Part shown: piece after piece, positions 59,901 to 64,000 of the stretch | Layout: each line of letters begins with the position of its first letter | Position numbering within the stretch: the stretch's first letter is position 1 | NCBI GenBank assembly: GCA_000708835.1 | Contig: DF237022.1 | Location: forward strand, 1-64,000 | Origin: Klebsormidium nitens | Lineage: Eukaryota; Plantae; Klebsormidiophyceae | Direction of reading: 5' to 3' | Length of the DNA stretch: 64,000 bases | Program-made: the position numbers and the translations under genes | The notes under the pieces: generated by a model | What the model saw: the letters and a program-made list of their open reading frames with translations, nothing else | The model's database searches: none | What the model was told of the DNA's origin: nothing

Positions 59901-61419
59901 AAAGTCCACTTGACAGAGCTTACCAGTTGAGTTCGTGTGCATCGCCAGCTGCCTGCCAAGCCAAAAAGAATGAGGGTGTGTCAAGCGCTGAAACAGGTCG
60001 TTTTCCTCTCTGCGATCTGATTTTGTGTCGCCTGGACTCTTGCTCGCTTCTGGCAACAGCTGCAACACATTGGTTGTAGAGCCTCCAGAGAAAGACGTTA
60101 GACACGTCGGCCAGCATTTCCTGCGAAGCCGTTTTTCGCTCTGAGGGTTGACCAATTATCCAACGACATTACTTGCAATAGCAAAGCACTGTTGTGTCGA
60201 ATCATAGCAAGAAGGCAACCCTATATGTCACCATTGAGCAAACAGCAATCGCTCGAGGCCACAAAGGGCTCGAGCCCCCCCTGGAATGTAGGAAACCCTC
60301 CTTTGACTGTGAGCAATGGCAGTCTTGGAGAATAAAGAAGCAGCTACCCTCAGTAACTGGAATGAAAGACAGTCGGCTAAACTTTACTCTCTCGTACAGA
60401 AGTTTTAGAGACTTTGCAAAGGCTTTGCTAAGGTGGGCAAAACTCCCTGGGTCAAGAAGACGGTTAGCTGAAGGAACAAGTATTTGTGACCAGGAAAAGG
60501 GGTTTGAAAGGGGAGTGTTCTCACTCGGTGAGAAAGCCCAGGCGCTCCGCCAGCGGTACGATGGCTAGGAGAGTGAAGGAGAACGCCCATGCCTGGCAAC
60601 ATGAATACTATAATTTCAGGCTGTCTCTGTCAAGCTGATGGCAGAAAGAGAAGTGAACACAGGGCAAAAAGTAGAGTGCTGTAGAAAGTAGTTCTAGGTA
60701 AGCTTTCATGGTTGCAACGGCGAGAACCTTTTAAAACCCTCCTTTCAATCAGATGTGAAATTGGTGTTCCTGTACAATTCCTTAATTAACATTCAGTTTG
60801 GAGTAAACCGGACTGCTTGTCCATGTTTCCCCGCCTAGAGACTTCTCTTTCCATGGACACTGATTCACTCTTCAGGTTGAGTTCTACCAAGGTCTGATTG
60901 GAGACCCCACTGGGATCGCTTCAACCTGGATAGGTAGGTACACAGGTTGGCTGGGTGCCGAACAGGCAGAACATTACAAGAACACCAAAACACTCCTCAG
61001 TTATCCCCAGTCTTTGTTAGTTCCTGTTAGCAAGCACTCTGAGAGCCACCTTTCTCAGTTCATCCACTGAGGCTTTGAGGTGGCTACCCGCACAGGGGCG
61101 CCAACTCAATGCCGAGCAACAGAAATCTTAGACGTACCACCATCTTCTTTCAAAAGATGCGACATACCTTGCCCAGTCTGAGCACGTCCGCGACCACCGC
61201 TACCGGAACAAAGATCAGCAGCACGTTCAGCCGTGTTCCCAGAAGCACGTGCCCGAGACTCGTGCACAGACTTGCCCAAAAACACCCTCTCCGCTTCTCC
61301 GCTTTTGTCGGCGGCATTGCTCCGCTTTGGGGCCTGAGAAGGCCGGAGTCCTCATCCTCAGAAAGCTCCATGGTGTCTAAGGGGATCCCCTCAAAAGGCA
61401 CGCTCCTGTGGCTCTTCAT
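53967..61419 (-). CDS. CAX: Vacuolar-type cation (Ca2+)/H+ exchanger. Exons 61419-61168, 60592-60525, 59952-59924, 59299-59109, 57957-57202, 56309-56256, 55519-55403, 54107-53967
   Basis: Recognised motifs: [15 protein letters not shown]|QLAMHT; alpha-1 repeat [14 protein letters not shown]; [14 protein letters not shown]; YLYFQLKSH; acidic loop EEEEGEE; alpha-2 repeat [14 protein letters not shown]; [18 protein letters not shown]; [18 protein letters not shown]; [19 protein letters not shown]. All junctions are phase-consistent. Confidence 0.93.
55085..55445 (-). repeat. Exon-echo array: copies of the end of CAX exon 7 (..[13 protein letters not shown]|GT) at about 55277 and 55091
   Basis: On the minus strand, CTCTTCATCACGGTCTTAGTCGTCGTTTTCCTGCTCCAG|GTTAGT compares with CTCTTCATGACGGTGTTGTTCGTCATCGTCTTCTTGCTCGAG|GAAAGC and CTCTTCGTCACTCTGCTGGTCGCTGTGTTTTTGCTCCAG|GTAACC. 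Confidence 0.75.
56760..57265 (-). repeat. Exon-echo array: three copies of the CAX exon-5 end ([16 protein letters not shown]|GTAAG) in the downstream intron
   Basis: The anchor GC(A/G)TGCTCC lies at 57236, 57091, 56933 and 56788 (spacings 145, 158, 145). Donors GTAAGT and GTAAGG are retained in the first two copies. Confidence 0.9.
57880..58660 (-). repeat. Exon-echo array: three copies of the acceptor and start of CAX exon 5 ([15 protein letters not shown]) at about 58219, 58377 and 58656
   Basis: On the plus strand, ATCACGGCCA(A)TAAGC.GGAG..C...TT.A.CAGAGC is repeated. Identity decreases away from the real exon at 57957. Confidence 0.9.
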
Positions 61420-62314
61420 CTTTGGGAGCTCAAATGCTGTCCCACATTGAAGGAGACTCTGCTACTTTCAGTGCTCGTTGACACTAGGTGCGGAAACATG
61501 TGCACATTTCGCAGGCAGGGGTGACGAAAGGCGAAGTGAACCTGATCTTGCAATCACATAATGGGATGGTGGCCACTTTTGTGAGGTGGAAGCGAGAGCG
61601 CCCTGCGGCGACTTCAAAACTTGCATTAGTCCCTGGTTGGAATGCTGAATGATCACACCCGCAAGCGGCCCCTGAGCCGCGCCTAAGTACCACCACTGAG
61701 CTCCGTTTGAGATCGGTGGATAACCTATCCGCACTCTGCGAGGCTTTCATCAAGCATTCCCCGCGAGAATCTCGAACTCCCCCGCTGGAAAAAGCATCGG
61801 CGCATTTTTTAACGCCCTAGGTCCTCCACTTCCTAGAGTCTCCCTCAAATGCTCCGCCCCATTCACAAAGTTGCACCATGGCTGCATCATGTGTCATCAT
61901 GGCGGACCAGCTCGAGAAGGAGGAAGGAAGGAACAGCGCAAGGCACGTGGATCATGAGTGAAAATGTTAAGGTTAACGTTTCCGAGCTAAAGTGGGAGGT
62001 GATATGTAACTCCTGGGGAAATTACAGACTGCACTCTGGTATGGATTCGGTCCCCGGCTCGAAACCCCGGCCCGGCCACAGCTACTACCCCTAGTCGGGT
62101 TAGGTGGAAACCACTTTTAACCCGATTAGGGTTTCGCGGTGCCCAGCTCAGCTCAGGCGCCAGCCAGCACAGCAACAAATTTCCCACAGCATGGCGGTCC
62201 ATCTTTCCAAATTGAAATTCTTTTCATTTCATTTCTACTTGTTTATTTATTGATTGGGTGCTGCCGCACTTTCCAAAGAGCGCTGAAGCTCTGCTGCTGT
62301 TGCTTCCATCCAAC

Positions 62315-63618
62315 ATGGCTGCCGCATCTGCACAGCTCGTCGGGCATGGCGCCTCCGCTACTTTTCCAACAACGTTGTTTGGCCAGAGGAGCTCTGTCCT
62401 GTCGGCCCATGTGATGGTTGTGAAGAATGTTGCTGGATTTGGACGCAGCTCACGACGTGTCAAGCGGGGCTCCATCCTTTGTGAAGCTCAGGTGAAGGCG
62501 AAAATAGAAAGTATACAGTTGCTTAGAGCACTTGTGCATGCAAAAGAGTGGATATCATCATTGAAGCGAGCAGCTCTGCCTATTGATTCTTAAGTAATAC
62601 ATGATGATTTTTGACCGCAAAATGTCAACCTCAAGCTGCAGACTTGAGGTCTACTTCAGTGCAGCGACAGTCTTCTTGGTCCCTGATGACGGTGGCGAGA
62701 AGTCACTTCAAAGATTTTCAATTGAAAATGCTTTCTTGTTGCATGCTTGTCTCAGGTAAGGTCTGGGCACTAAAACACTTCCTGCATTCTGCATTTCTGG
62801 ATTACAACCTGTGGGTGGTGCTGCTTCATCAAATGTGACAAGCTATCCAAGATAACTTTTGTGTACTAGAGCAGAAGCTTTATTGTGAACATTCTCATGA
62901 ATCGAAGCGCTTCCCTTAAGGCATTACATTCTTGACATCTTGAAGCTTTTTTGGTTTCCAGGATTACGATTGTCAGTTGCTGCTTTGACCTCCATGATGT
63001 ACGCAATTGGCACCACCTGGGGGTGGAGTGCTGTCATCCTGACCTTTGAAGGTGTTCATGAGTTGCCTAGGTAAATTTGGCTAACAGATAGGCTAATACA
63101 TCATCTTACAAACTATACTACTAGTTCCAGTATTTCTCAAAAAAGTAAGATCAGTGCAGGTCACTCTGGACTAAGAGCACAAGGCTCAAATGATGAGTTG
63201 TGTTCTAAAGGTGCTCAACCAGCCACTTCGTTCAAAGGCTGGAGCTTTGAAACTTCCGTGCACCCGAGACACAGGAGTCCCCTCCAGAAGCGCTTCGACA
63301 GGACCTGCCAGAACGCAGACTTGACCCAAGGAGCAAAATGTCAAGCAGTTCCTCTGTAGTGACCAGATGCTTCTTCCACTTTGACAGGGGGCTGACAAGG
63401 CCAAGAAAGAGCTCCAGGACATGGCCGACAAGGTGACTGAGAAAGCAGACGAGATCTCGAAGGGCGTTTCAAAGAGCACTGAAGACCTCAAGCAAGCCTC
63501 GCTATCCACTCCAGAGGTTCCACCTGAGCTCGAGTCAGTGGGTTTGGGACCAGATAAGGTGCCCTCAGGACCATACAGCTTCCGGGAAGTGTTCAGCTTC
63601 AACGGATTGGCGCCAGAG
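62315..63618 (+). CDS. ELIP: 5' part of an early light-induced protein (LHC superfamily) gene; continues past the window end. Exons 62315-62491 and 63388-63618
   Basis: Exon 1 resembles a Ser/Ala/Arg-rich plastid transit peptide ending RGSILCEAQ|. Exon 2 ends FREVFSFNGLAPE|GT, matching the ELIP motif F.DVLAFSGPAPE that precedes (R/T)INGRLAM. The diagnostic helix is not within the recognised exons. Confidence 0.7.
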
Positions 63619-64000
63619 GTAGGTTCTTCTGATTTGATTCTTCGATAAGAAGCTTGTCACACTCGTAATGGAAGTCTTGTCGGTCAGGCGTCGGCCGAGA
63701 GTCTTACTAAACTCAATGCTGTTGGGAGAGAAGGCTGCCTCAGTCTGACCAACTAAAGTCTCACAGCCTTGGAGCTAGTGACAGTCCTCAGAAGTTGAAA
63801 AGTACAGAGAAAAAGCGTGCTATTTGAAGGATTGGGTGAGACTTGCTAAGACCACGTTGTGTCTTCACAAGTTTGGGTGGTTGATACCTAATCATTTCAG
63901 TGCAGATGCTATGTGTGTTGAAGAGGCTGGTGCTTAATGAACTGTCTTTCCTGCCAAAACCTACGCGAGACTCTTATCTCTTGCGGTTTAAAGCTGGCAT

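Noticed and set aside
62020-62090. GGCTCGAAACCCC resembling a tRNA T-loop
   Set aside because: I could not build an acceptor stem, D-arm or anticodon arm.

Overview
This is intron-rich eukaryotic nuclear DNA with GC-rich exons and GT-AG introns. Plant-type PNG1, ELIP and CAX genes, a root-cap-family domain and a TTTTAGGG tract suggest a streptophyte green alga such as Klebsormidium (inference). I built spliced models by hand for nine loci. (1) A secreted PAN/apple + root-cap/VWD-like gene (-). (2) Its inverted, internally deleted and frameshifted paralog (+). (3) A type I membrane protein with a bacterial-type DGY..VFLD.N..GEP..NPLTT module (-). (4) A TXNDC12/ERp18-like thioredoxin with a sequon-repeat tail (-). 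(5) Peptide:N-glycanase PNG1 (+). (6) A single-lobed, probably GPI-anchored transferrin-like gene (+). (7) A secreted EGF protein with four copies of an unrecognised 6-Cys repeat (-), carrying a MITE-like insertion across the assembly gap. (8) A CAX cation/H+ exchanger (-). (9) The 5' part of an ELIP gene (+). The most striking unexplained structure is 'exon-echo' arrays. At least seven introns in three unrelated genes hold tandem, progressively decaying copies of the adjacent splice site plus exon end, often about 130-175 bp apart. One echo differs from the real exon only at synonymous sites, and another reads in frame into the real exon. All family assignments come from motif recognition; no database searches were run.
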